A DNA stretch of 63,138 bases, filler included, from Octopus bimaculoides (taxonomy: Eukaryota), in assembly GCF_001194135.2 (NCBI RefSeq). It is 10 parts of 9 records of this genome, joined end to end, with 100 filler letters (N's around TTAATTAATTAA, not from the genome) between each part and the next. Parts side by side here need not be neighbours in the genome. Positions count along the whole stretch, not along the records: positions 34,840 to 41,404 come from NC_068986.1; positions 41,505 to 47,269 come from NC_068996.1; positions 47,370 to 57,000 come from NC_068991.1; 7 more parts are not named here. The stretch is one strand, 5' to 3'. A program made the translations under genes and the position numbers. Below, piece by piece: positions 36,647 through 48,079 of the stretch. Position 1 is the stretch's first letter; the number at the start of each line of letters is the position of its first letter. The notes under the pieces were generated by a model, which had not been told where the DNA came from, searched no databases, and saw only the letters and a program-made list of their open reading frames with translations.

Positions 36647-38080
36647 GTATTTCAATTTTTTGAGTTGCAAAACTGTTAAAATGTATGCATGGAGTTTAAG
36701 TAAAAGTGAAAAACTGGATAAATGTAACCACCCGACTTCGGGGATCGAGTGGACATTGCGCCTCATTTTATTCATTCTTGCATATTATCATTTTATTTTA
36801 ATTTTTCTTCTACTATCATCATTCGCTTTCGTAATTTTNNNNNNNNNNNNNNNNNNNNNNNNNNNNNNNNNNNNNNNNNNNNNNNNNNNNNNNNNNNNNN
36901 NNNNNNNNNNNNNNNNNNNNNNNNNNNNNNNNNNNNNNNNNNNNNNNNNNNNNNNNNNNNNNNNNNNNNNNNNNNNNNNNNNNNNNNNNNNNNNNNNNNN
37001 NNNNNNNNNNNNNNNNNNNNNNNNNNNNNNNNNNNNNNNNNNNNNNNNNNNNNNNNNNNNNNNNNNNNNNNNNNNNNNNNNNNNNNNNNNNNNNNNNNNN
37101 NNNNNNNNNNNNNNNNNNNNNNNNNNNNNNNNNNNNNNNNNNNNNNNNNNNNNNNNNNNNNNNNNNNNNNNNNNNNNNNNNNNNNNNNNNNNNNNNNNNN
37201 NNNNNNNNNNNNNNNNNNNNNNNNNNNNNNNNNNNNNNNNNNNNNNNNNNNNNNNNNNNNNNNNNNNNNNNNNNNNNNNNNNNNNNNNNNNNNNNNNNNN
37301 NNNNNGTGTGTGTGGTTGTGTTTGTGTGTGCAACAACTATTTACATCTTCATTCTTCAAGTATCCATATTATTTATACATACATATAAACACATTCTTTC
37401 TTACATAACGCGATAAATTAATCCCCCGATCTCCCTCCGTGCGTATATCAAATAATCTAATAATCAATCGAAACAATTCTACTTAATTATGTAGAGTGGA
37501 AAAAAAAAACGTCTGTAATAACTGCAAATCATTTATTCATTTATTTTAATTTAATTTTTTTTTTTTTTGAGAAACATTCATCAAAAGCCATTTGAACAGT
37601 TTTAAGAATTTCTTTCTTATCTGCAAACATTTTGTAATAACAAACCACTTCATAATCTAAACTTCAGCGAACGAGCATGCTTTTGTTGATATTCAGATCC
37701 ATAGCTATCGATTGCTGTTTAGTCTACTCTATATCCCGAAAAAAAATCAAACTTCTACTGTGATTTCCTTTCAGGCATTTTTCGTTTCATTACATTCACG
37801 TTCTTTCTTCTTCTTCTTCTTCTTCTTCGTTTCTCTGAAATCATCGTTGCTATAGTCTTTTGAATATGAAGTTAATAATTCGCGAACATTTTCCAAAGCA
37901 ACCACCTCAAGCCCAACGTTTATTCCTGTGTCAGCAAATTTATCCATGGTTTTGATTATTCGATTTTTGAAGCCACAAAACTCATTAGCACATGCTAACC
38001 CAATAATCTGCTGGTCTGCTCTTATACAGCTGGTTCCGCATGTTCTCAGGACTCAAGAAAATTTAAATGTTATTTTTTTT

Positions 38081-38336
38081 TACATTATTTACATTTGACG
38101 GATATTTGTCCTCATCTTGTTTGTTGTTAACACAACGTTTCGGCTGATACAGCCTCCAGCCTTCATCAGGTGTCTTGGGGAAATTTCGAACCTGGGTTCT
38201 CATTACTAATGGTATTTTTCGATGTCATTATTATTATTATTATTATTAAGGTCACTGCTTGGAATCGAACTCGGAATCTTGGGGTTAGTAGCCCGCGTTC
38301 TTAACCACTACGCTATATGCCCACGGGCATATGGCG
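38081..38336 (-). mobile_element. tRNA(Ser)-like SINE with (TAA)n linker and hammerhead-containing tail
   Basis: A-box TAGCGTAGTGG, arm GGG-CTACTAA-CCC, B-box GAGTTCGATTCC, then (TAA)n, then hammerhead. Confidence 0.8.
38129..38174 (-). ncRNA. Minimal type I hammerhead ribozyme (Penelope-type)
   Basis: GACAC CUGAUGA A GGCUG gaggcuguau CAGCC GAAA C GUU^GUGUU: stem I 5 bp (one G-U), stem II 5 bp, palindromic helix III ACGU. Confidence 0.85.
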
Positions 38337-38405
38337 TTATTTTTTTTTCGCCTCAAATTCTGAAAAGCGGCAGCGTCTTCTGTTGTAACATTAATTGCCT
38401 GAAAG

Positions 38406-38620
38406 GTGGCAACCTGCCAGAATCGTTAACAGGCCGGGCGAAACGCTGAGAGGCATTTCGTCTGTCTTTATGCTTTGATTTCAAATTCCGCCGACTTTGC
38501 CTATCATCCTTTCGGGGTCGATAAAATAAGTACAAGTTGAGCACTGGGGTCCATGTTATAGATTTATCTCCCCCTATCTCCCAAAATTGCTGGCCTTGTG
38601 CCAAAATTTGAAACCAATAT
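38406..38620 (+). mobile_element. SINE family A copy (tail type 3)
   Basis: Family A head/core; tail aattgctggccttgtgccaaaatttgaaacc. Confidence 0.85.
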
Positions 38621-39297
38621 TGATTAACTGTGAAAAGAAAATCCTTTGAATATATTAGATTTTAAATGTTGACAAGGATGGCCCAAGATGTTACCAGAAG
38701 CACTGCGATAATCTCTCAGCAACAATTTTTGTGAACCATTTTATTTCGTCACTAAATCCCTGAACGATATTACTTTCTTATAGAATTTTAAAGTTTCTGG
38801 GTTCATCGTTTGATGAATAAACATCGGTTTTAAGTTGAAATCCCTTCAGCATTTCCTCCAAGTAAAGAAATTCACCTCAGCATTGTCTCCATGTAAAGAA
38901 AATTTCTTCAGCATTGCCTCCAAGTTAAGACGTCGAGTGATCTTATGATGTTTTGTAATGAATTGCAATGTGTTGCGTTGGTAACCCTCACTAAAGGTTT
39001 TCATGACTTTTTTTGTCAGAAAAGACAGATTTCGTTTAAGCTGACATTTTTGAAGATCATCGTAAATATTCGTTTTCGATTATTTCATTAAATTCGTCAA
39101 TATTTTCCTCATCATTTACTCACTCAAAATATTGCACTTTAATCATAACATGATTGATATGAATTAGAAATCGTCTCTGATTACAATTTTCCAATAAGAG
39201 TATTAATAAATTCTGCTGCTCACCTATACCATTCTTAATCCTTTGACTATTTAACAAGGTTGATGCCGCTTTACATTGATCTTGGTACTCATTCGCT

Positions 39298-39450
39298 ATG
39301 TGAAGGCACATGCTCTAGAAGTTAAGTGTTGCATTGAAGATCTTACAATCGTGGTTTCGATTCCCGGATCGGCAAAACACTTCTTTTCACGTTGCTCCAC
39401 TCCATTCAGCCATAAACGACTACCCCTGCGATAGAGCGGTACCCCTTTTA
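39298..39450 (+). mobile_element. Degenerate tRNA-derived CORE-type SINE
   Basis: gtgaaggcacatg..ggtttcgattccc head; cacttcttttcacgttgctccactccattcagc core, related to 59460-59787. Confidence 0.6.
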
Positions 39451-39964
39451 CGGATGATGTTGTTATCTCGTCACTTAGATGCTGAGTAACCGGCCATATA
39501 AGTCCTAGGGCTCAAAGTAGAATATAAGTCCTAGGGCTCAAAGTAGAATACACACCCACACATTCGCTTTGTTCAAAATAGTTAATACTGTCGCTTCAAT
39601 CAAATCAATTTCCCTTCCGATCTTCTGCTTCCGTTGCGATCAAATCTTTAAATATTCTCAAGTTTTATGTTTAAAGTAATTACTTTCCTTCGTTTTATTA
39701 CTTTTCTACAGTATAGTATCGGTTCTTCTTGTAAATATGGTAGCACGGAAGAGGAATAAAGTTTTAATTTCAAAAGCATGTGGTGAATTTATAAATAAGC
39801 AACTCGTACGCTTGTACTGGCGACAGGAGAAAAACTGAAGAACAGCAATCTGGAGGTGAAGGAGATGCTTTGCAACTCAGCTTTGCAACTGTTTGGGCGC
39901 CATTTTCAAAGTGTTAATCTAATTTCATGAAAGCTGCGATAGGCCAGAGATAGTTGTAACATCT

Positions 39965-40087
39965 CAACTTTTCACATCTGTATATACCCTGTCTCAACTA
40001 TTTACATTTGTATGCATACTTCCTCAATGGTTCACATCTCTCTACATACTTCCTCAGTTATTCATCTTTATAGACACCCTTCTTCAA
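39965..40087. repeat. Degenerate minisatellite, about 30 bp x4
   Basis: caact.tt.acat.tgtat..atac.t.ct-like units. Confidence 0.55.
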
Positions 40088-40874
40088 CCACACACTTGCC
40101 TTCCAACTGCAGTTATTGCTCCACCTAAACAACCAGTTACGCATATCACAATATTCGCATTGTTTATTTCTCCATCTTTCACACAGCTCCCTCTTGTTTC
40201 CTAATTTCCTTTGCTCTTTACCACAATTGTTCTCTTGCTGCTCTATGCCATATCAATAATCTACACCTACTTTCCCAATTATTTTCTGTTATTAATTGTT
40301 TTACTTCCGGCAGTGATATGTTTACAGAAATTCCAACACACATTTAACCTTCTTTCTTCTCAAAGCTTCTACTTCTGACCTATGTAGCTTTATTAAGTTT
40401 TACTTATAACCTCAATTTACTTTAATTCTATAAACAGTGACTTTAAGAGAAGCTTTCATGGGGTCTATTTTGTTTCTTTTAACAGTAAACAAAAAGACCA
40501 CAGCACCACATCCGCATTAAATATGAGCAGCACTCAGCCGCAATCCACACCGCTCGCCGCACTTCAGATCATTCTCTGTACCATGTTCTACTCTGCCGTG
40601 TATTCATTCCTGTATTAGGTGTGATTTAGCTGCAGGTAACTGGTGATTGAGCGAATCATACGATCAAACGTAATCCAATAGTGACAATCCTGTCTCACCC
40701 CCAATTCAGCCCTGATAGAGCAGATCTATACTCAAAGATATTCCAGCCTCGAACACCCCGTCTTGTTGTTGTTTAACCCCGGATCAAATTAGATTTCAGT
40801 GGCCCCAGGAGGTATTTCAGCCTTTCGACTGTTCATGTAGGATTACGATTTAACGTTTCTTTCCTTACATTTCG

Positions 40875-41100
40875 CTTTACTTGTTTCAGTCATTAAACTA
40901 GAGGCAAACTGAGGGCTGCCTCGAGTGGTTTAGTCTGTCATATCGATCCCATTACTTATTTCTAGGTCTCATTCTTATCTCGTCGATATCGATTTGGCGC
41001 TAATAGAAGACACTCACCCAAAGTGCCACATAGTGGGTCTGTTTCCGGGACTATGTGGTTGGGAAACAAACTTGTTACGCCAGGACCACGCCTGCGCCTC
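40875..41100 (-). mobile_element. SINE family C, short variant
   Basis: Reverse complement: ggcgcaggcgtggt head, gtgtcttctatta core, atgactgaaacaagtaaag tail. Confidence 0.7.
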
Positions 41101-41152
41101 TGTGTGTGTGTATGTGTGTGTGCATATATTCATATATGGATACACACATACC

Positions 41153-41201
<49 letters not shown>

Positions 41202-41271
41202 GCAGACAGACAGATAGACAGACAGACAGACGGACAGACGGACGGATAGACAGTCAGACAGACAGACAGAC

Positions 41272-41328
<57 letters not shown>

Positions 41329-41578
41329 CATACATACATACATACATACATGCATACATACATACATGCATACATACATACATACATACATACATACATC
41401 TATGNNNNNNNNNNNNNNNNNNNNNNNNNNNNNNNNNNNNNNNNNNNNTTAATTAATTAANNNNNNNNNNNNNNNNNNNNNNNNNNNNNNNNNNNNNNNN
41501 NNNNATTTTACTTCCACAAATATCCAACGTCATTAAACATTAACTTGTAAAAAGATTTAAAAAAACAAACAAACTCAC

Positions 41579-41735
41579 TTTTGATACATCGGAATCCACT
41601 TCCTTGCCAACTGTTTTCAACAAGCGACATAAACACTCTAAACTCTCTTCGTCTCTGGATTTTAGCAAATTACTAACACAATCATGCATAATTTTCTCTG
41701 TTAACATGTTTAATTTAAAAAGTTCACCAATAAAC
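41579..41735 (-). CDS. eIF4G: eIF4G MIF4G exon E (157 bp)
   Basis: tgtag|[53 protein letters not shown]|gtgagt; phase 2 in, phase 0 out. Confidence 0.95.
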
Positions 41736-41993
41736 CTACAGTAAATTGAAACAAAAAAATATGCAAGGTGATTAAAACTAACTGAATAAACTTAGGTTTT
41801 CATATATCAACATCAACTCCTATTATTGTGCAAATGTGCAGCAATTTAGTGTCAAGAGAAAGGAGGAAACTCAGTGCAAGTAAATGATCATTTAATTTCT
41901 CAAACATATAAGGAGCAGAAGGAGTACGTTTTGTATGGAGACAGGTATATAATTTTAAAAACAAGATGGGAGAGAAGGAGAAAAAACACTCAC

Positions 41994-42073
41994 CGTATGT
42001 TTCCTATCGATCGTCTCTTGGCAGCTGAAAATGCTTCTTCTAACTCTTCTTTTAACCTCTTTTTAGTTTCATC
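41994..42073 (-). CDS. eIF4G: eIF4G MIF4G exon D (80 bp)
   Basis: tttcag|DETKKRLKEELEEAFSAAKRRSIGNI CG|gtgagt. Confidence 0.95.
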
Positions 42074-42727
42074 CTGAAAATAACAAATATGGAAATTTCA
42101 TTTCCCCTGTTCCACAAACACTAAAATTCAGATAAAAAGCCTTCTAGAAAACCTTTTTCTTTTTAACAAAATTAAGATTTACCTCAAACTATAAAGACAA
42201 AATTAGGTGAAATATCAACAACCTAACCAACGGCTACCTAAATATTTTAACATCTAGAAAATAGCTAAATCATCTTCCCTGCCTCCCTCAAGATATCAAG
42301 TGATATTTGTAGAATATAATGTAGTTCCAAATGTCTCATCATACACAAGATTGATAAAGGATGACCTGGAGGCTCTAAAAGGTAAATAGTCATAAAAAAC
42401 TGAATTAAGAGAATGTTTTTGGACCTAAAACTAATTGCAGACAACATGGTGCCTAGTAAAGATCAGAAGTTCTGCTGCAACATTTCAATCAAGTTCATTA
42501 ATATGCTAACGTGAATGTGCAATCCCATCACAGGAATATTCATTTTCAATAGTTGCATATTATTGATTGTAATAAACTTAAGTTCTCAGACTAGAGACAA
42601 CAAATCAGTTACCAAATTGCTACCTGTACAACAAAAACATTCTGAAATATGAAAGTAAGGGAGTTAAATGAAGATCTCAGCAAAGTATTTGTACTATAAC
42701 CACTTGTATTTCTCAAGTTATACTTAC

Positions 42728-42871
42728 ACTCTCAGCACTCTCGAGCTCCTTCTGCTTTTTAATGAGGTCAGCTTCTTCAGAAGAATGCTTTTCAAATTCA
42801 ACTTGACATCGATTTAATAAAGTATCTCGGAAGTTCACTGTGCCTTGGTGTGTTGATGAAGGGACCTTTAT
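42728..42871 (-). CDS. eIF4G: eIF4G MIF4G exon C (144 bp)
   Basis: ttttag|IKVPSSTHQGTVNFRDTLLNRCQVEFEKHSSEEADLIKKQKELESAES|gtaagt. Confidence 0.95.
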
Positions 42872-43179
42872 CTAAAATATTGTTGAATGAAAAATTTAAT
42901 GCAATATTTAAAAAAAGCTTTTGATGAGTGACATATTTTTTCAAATAGTTGCCAATGATTCAATATATTGCAAAGACTACCTCATTGAAGATAGGGAGGG
43001 AATAGATATCTAACTCTTCACATCATGGTGGGAATATCTACATCTCTAACAAATCTTGAAGTGCACAAAGTTACAATTCAAATGGGTGTTATTCTCTTCT
43101 CCAGATCTAAGCATTTCTTCTTTTAATTAGATTTATTAATATTTTGATATTTCAGTGTCCTCTATAAAACACCCATTAT

Positions 43180-43990
43180 TAAAGGGATCCAAAACCAAAC
43201 TCCTACATCCTAGTGGTAGATCCTGGGAAATGCCAAAGTAGGATATTGCTTGGCAGGGTGAAGAACCTTTGCTGATCTCAGGCAACTACAGTAGCTGTGA
43301 AAGCCTGTCAAAAACCTCAAAGCAATAGGCTCTGGGTTGGCATCAAGGTGACCGTTGAAAAATGTGGGTTTTGTCAGTTTGACACAGCTCCATCGTTCAA
43401 GATCACCTGTCTCAACTACATGATGAGCCATGGAGGATACCTTTGAGTGAAATGTGCTGGCACCTGGTATGCAAACAGTCCATCTAAACCCTGCATGATG
43501 CTCTCCACCTCAGGTTCTTCAAGTCCAAAAGATGTTGTCCCTTTGAGCAGCAGAAGCAGGCCTGGTTCATGAGCTAGAAGCTTGCTTCTACCTCATGAAG
43601 AGACATTGGTGACATGCACAGGATGGTTGTTCTCCCTGTGAAGTAGAAATGATGGAGGATTTTGGCAGCTGTACATGTTAGACCTGGCCTATTTAGGATC
43701 ACTGTAGCCCTCCCTGTACTGCAGACAAAGTGGTTAGCTACTTTAAGTACCAAAACAATGAAGAGATCGAACACTCAATCACTAAGAAAAGCATAGCAAA
43801 TATTGCTTTTGAAAACCACTCAACTAGAAACAAAAACATGCAGATGTGTCAAGCAAAGACCACTGAAATCCAGGGCTATGCAGACCAAGGAGATTTTTGG
43901 CTACATCAGGTCATCTAGTGTTACCTCAAAAATTTCTGACAGTCAAACCGCCACCACAGAAGAGGTCATGCATTTTCTCCTGAAAGACCA
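43180..43990 (+). mobile_element. Possible very decayed CR1/L2-type LINE fragment in an eIF4G intron
   Basis: GC-elevated island; peptides KQAWFMS and MQTKEIFGYIRS loosely resemble KPWF and K.NPK.F..YIR linker motifs. Confidence 0.3.
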
Positions 43991-44593
43991 TTGTTAAACC
44001 TCTTGAGAAACATTCTTGCAAATATATATAAAAATACCTATGTGTAGTCAACTTATCTATGTTTAACTTACCTGGGTAGGTGACAGTGAAAAAAAGTAAA
44101 ACCTACATTCACAATATACACCAATGACCTAACTTATTGCATGAATATAGATGAAATTTCCTGATACAATATTCTACCATGACATTCTTAATACTCACAA
44201 GACGCAAATACCTCCCACTACTAGGCATACAATAACAGAATCTGATATTTTAGCTTGTTCCGTTTTATTTTTATTTTTTATGGGTAGATACCCTCCATAT
44301 CGCCTTCCACTTTTGGTATGTTTCTTTGCAAAAGGACTCTCTAGTAATGGGAGTAAAGCATCTGTTCTCAACTATTTAGAGTTACTCCTTTTCTATGTGG
44401 CTCAACTGCAACTGGCACAGTTCACATCTACACCAGGTTTTTTATTCATTAATGTCTAATTCATTTCATATACAAGGAATGCACAGTATACAATATTATT
44501 TAGGTTTCAAGGGTGCAAGCAGTTAATAGACTTAGCAAATATTGAATACTGTTTATTAGATAGAATTACTAAAAAAATATTAAGAGTACTTAC

Positions 44594-44653
44594 TTTTACA
44601 AGACAATTGCAAAGATTTGCATACGCAACACTGAAGCTGGGTTCACTAATAGC
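44594..44653 (-). CDS. eIF4G: eIF4G MIF4G exon B (60 bp)
   Basis: ttgtag|AISEPSFSVAYANLCNCLVK|gtaagt. Confidence 0.95.
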
Positions 44654-45430
44654 CTACAAGATAAAATAGAATATTAAGGAAATTATGCAAATACATAAAA
44701 TATGATGCAGACTCAACCAAAATTACATCCATACAGTTGTACACACACTACCACGTGCAAGAAATTTAATGTAGAAAGAGTGCAGGTATTTCAAACTGTT
44801 TCACTGTCCTTGTTATGATTGCTGTACAGCAGTTTAAGTATTTCATTTCAGCCATTCTGAAACTTATCCCGCCCACCCTGCATTAGGAGTACTTCACTAG
44901 AAATTTCATTTAAAAATTGGATAAAGAATGTAATAATCATAGAATCATCAGATTCAAGACACCCCTACCTCCATAAGCTGAATTAAAGCAATTAAAATCT
45001 TGGAAAATTCCTTAAGTTATCTTTTAGAAATACTCTGTAGTAGACATTAACTTGATCAAAAACATCAAAAGTAGCAAGTTAAAAAAAAAACATTTTAAAG
45101 CTAACATTTTGCTTAAATTTTATATCATTTCCTGACTCCTCAGAACTTGGCCATTGAGTTGTAAATTAATAGTCACTTGAAACTTTATTATAACACAATT
45201 TGTTAAGCAACCAACCAATACAAACATTCTTGAATAGACAATCCATTTAGAAATGTGCACAGCCAAGAGAAACAAAGCAATCAATTCTACTAGTTTACAA
45301 GGATTTAGATAACAAATCAGATACTGAGTTAAACATTAATTGCAATAAGACCTTCCCATTTTGAATGCACAGCTATAAAAAATAAATCATTCATAATATC
45401 CCTCAAGCATATCACCAAAATTTTATATGT

Positions 45431-45463
<33 letters not shown>

Positions 45464-45623
45464 AGTTGTCAAAAATACTGAGTTTTATCAATGATAGAAA
45501 ATGGCAACAATCAAGTAAATGTATGTATAAATACAGAATTGAAGCGCTTGCAGAATCAGATATGGTTGTAATGTTTGAGTTGAAAAGGTGCGTGTGTGTA
45601 TATACACACACACAGACGAACAA

Positions 45624-45664
<41 letters not shown>

Positions 45665-46196
45665 NNNNNNNNNNNNNNNNNNNNNNNNNNNNNNNNNNNN
45701 NNNNNNNNNNNNNNNNNNNNNNNNNNNNNNNNNNNNNNNNNNNNNNNNNNNNNNNNNNNNNNNNNNNNNNNNNNNNNNNNNNNNNNNNNNNNNNNNNNNN
45801 NNNNNNNNNNNNNNNNNNNNNNNNNNNNNNNNNNNNNNNNNNNNNNNNNNNNNNNNNNNNNNNNNNNNNNNNNNNNNNNNNNNNNNNNNNNNNNNNNNNN
45901 NNNNNNNNNNNNNNNNNNNNNNNNNNNNNNNNNNNNNNNNNNNNNNNNNNNNNNNNNNNNNNNNNNNNNNNNNNNNNNNNNNNNNNNNNNNNNNNNNNNN
46001 NNNNNNNNNNNNNNNNNNNNNNNNNNNNNNNNNNNNNNNNNNNNNGAATACTAGTCTACAGAGAATATTCTGAAAGACCTTGAATTCATCTCCAGATACC
46101 CCCTCCTAAAACCAACTTGAAAACCAAGCAGAATCGGGCAGTTTTCAGATATGAAAATATAAAAATATATATATATATATATATATAAATATTTAC

Positions 46197-46331
46197 CTTC
46201 TCAAATAATAAGCCAATTACAATTTTAAGCTTATTTTCGGTATTGATGTTTATTTCTTTGATTTGGGACAGCAAGACTTCAAATTTCTGGGGTGTTAACT
46301 TGTTTAAAATGCTTCTTACTTTCTTATTGAT
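46197..46331 (-). CDS. eIF4G: eIF4G MIF4G exon A (135 bp)
   Basis: aaacag|INKKVRSILNKLTPQKFEVLLSQIKEININTENKLKIVIGLLFEK|gtaaat. Confidence 0.95.
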
Positions 46332-46929
46332 CTGTTTACAAAGACAAACAGTAAAAAAGAGAAAGGGAGAGGGAAAGGGGAGCACAGGGAAAAAGAAACA
46401 GACGAGGTTAAACAATGATCGTTAAAAATAATTTGAGTATCAAATTTTAAAATGAATCAGCTATTACAATTATCTACATCAACATAGAAATCCGTTTTTT
46501 ATGCTGGTAGAAGTTGTAAGCATTTTGTAAGCTATGGTCATTTTGATATGGAAATATGATAAATATATATTGAAAATTTTTTGTACATTCATGAACTGAA
46601 AAACTGTGTTAGAAATAGAACATTCATATCAGATGTGATAAGAGAATGCATGGAGAGCTGCTGTATTGCACTGCTGTCCAACTTGTACCAGCTTAGAACA
46701 ACAAACTGATAAAACAATTATGTATGATGTACAAAAAGCAAAGTACACATTGAGATGGCCTAGAGATACAATGTTCAGTTGCTATAGCTCCAGTAATGTA
46801 CAGATATAAACCAAAATATGAGGCTACAATAGAAATAATGCTCAATCAAGATAATGATATATATAATGTTTGCAGGTTGTAGGTACTGTTTTGCTTATGA
46901 ATTCTTCCAATTGCAAGTTTTCTTTTCAG

Positions 46930-47269
46930 GTACACGACACTGCTTTTCCCCTTCCCAGGCTACAGGCCCACACCCCCAACACCCATACTGTTAGGATTGG
47001 CACTCTCAACGTCGGCACGCTGAAAGGTAGATCTGGTGAAATTGTTGAGATGCTTGAACGGAGACGCGTAGATATGTGCTGCATCCAGGAAGTAAGATGG
47101 AGAGGAGGTTCTGCGAGGTTCCTCACAGGCAAAGAACACAGGTACAAGATTTTCTGGGCAGGGAACACTGACGGGGTCGGGGGCGTAGGAATACTTCTAG
47201 CGGAGAAATGGGTGGATAAGGTAATCGAGGTCGTTAGAGTAAGTGACAGAGTACTTAAGATCAGACTAG
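46930..47269 (+). mobile_element. LINE apurinic endonuclease N-terminus (RTE/RTE-X-like), cut by a gap
   Basis: RIGTLNVGTL..VDMCCIQEVRW..GVGILL..VSDRV, open frame. Confidence 0.9.
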
Positions 47270-47369
47270 NNNNNNNNNNNNNNNNNNNNNNNNNNNNNNN
47301 NNNNNNNNNNNNNTTAATTAATTAANNNNNNNNNNNNNNNNNNNNNNNNNNNNNNNNNNNNNNNNNNNN

Positions 47370-48079
47370 TCCACACACGTTCACCTTCTAGAAATTGCTG
47401 CAGATGGCGCAACCTGAGTGCGTGTCTGCGCATTAAAAGCCATGGCATGTCTAAGCCGCCACGCAAAGAAAGTTGGCAGCAGACCGACCGCCTGACTATT
47501 GGAACGCATCTCTTCCACAAGAATATAAACAGGATACGCTCCAATCTAACCAAGCAGTAACTGGGGGCAGTAATGATCAGACGATAAATAATGACAAAGG
47601 CGATGTAGGCATTCGCCACCTCTGCCCGACCTTTCAGGAACAACTTCTCTGCCCATTTCGTTACCTCTTCCCAATTCTTATCCACCTGGAGGTCGGGACC
47701 AAACCAGACCCTGAGCAGTTTAACTGGTCCGTCAGGCCAGTGTCCGACAGCATCGATCTGTCTCTCCAAGTGCCCAGTCGCAATCCCACCTACTTGTCGG
47801 CATTGATTTTAGCCCCTGAAACCGATTCATATTCCTTTACAACGGAGCCGACCGTCTCCACTTTGGAGGCGTCCGACACCATGACGGTGACGCCGTCTGC
47901 GTATTCAGAGACTGACCTCCCGAGACCAATTTCGAAAGGGTGGCCTCTTAACTGTTCCAACTTCCACAACAATGGCTCGAGAGCCAGCACAGAAGGGGTA
48001 ACAGCGGACAGCCCTGACGGACCGAACGTGCGATACTAAACGGTTCCAATAGGTGGCCATTTACTTTTACCACCGAGCA
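47370..48079 (-). mobile_element. Tx1/L1-clade reverse transcriptase fragment (domains 4-7)
   Basis: VNGHLLEPFSIARSVRQGCPL, LALEPLL, YADG (YADD mutated), GAKINADKS, FGPDLQVDKNW; frameshifted. Confidence 0.9.

Larger units (their letters stand above)
37570..39903 (-). mobile_element. Decayed Tigger/pogo transposon with nested insertions
   Basis: MAPK at 39903; KRRKVITLNIKLE and EATVLTILNK (CENP-B-type HTH); LGGNAEG/DFNLKPMFIHQTMNP (DDE region); EFCGF..GLEVVALENVRELL and MDLNINKSMLVR..CYYKMFADKK..VQ (C-terminus). Confidence 0.75.

Noticed and set aside
38255-38325. Functional tRNA-Ser gene
   Set aside because: Acceptor stem unpaired and no long variable arm; interpreted as a SINE head
39218-39250. 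aaa gga tta a gaa tgg tat ag|gtgag resembling the HS3ST exon-1 end (KGLEWYR + donor)
   Set aside because: Needs a frameshift, has an in-frame stop just upstream, lacks the HFFD motif, and lies inside a Tigger fossil
45423-45623. Possible extra eIF4G exon
   Set aside because: No MIF4G similarity; the expected AISEP exon is at 44594-44653 and splices in frame
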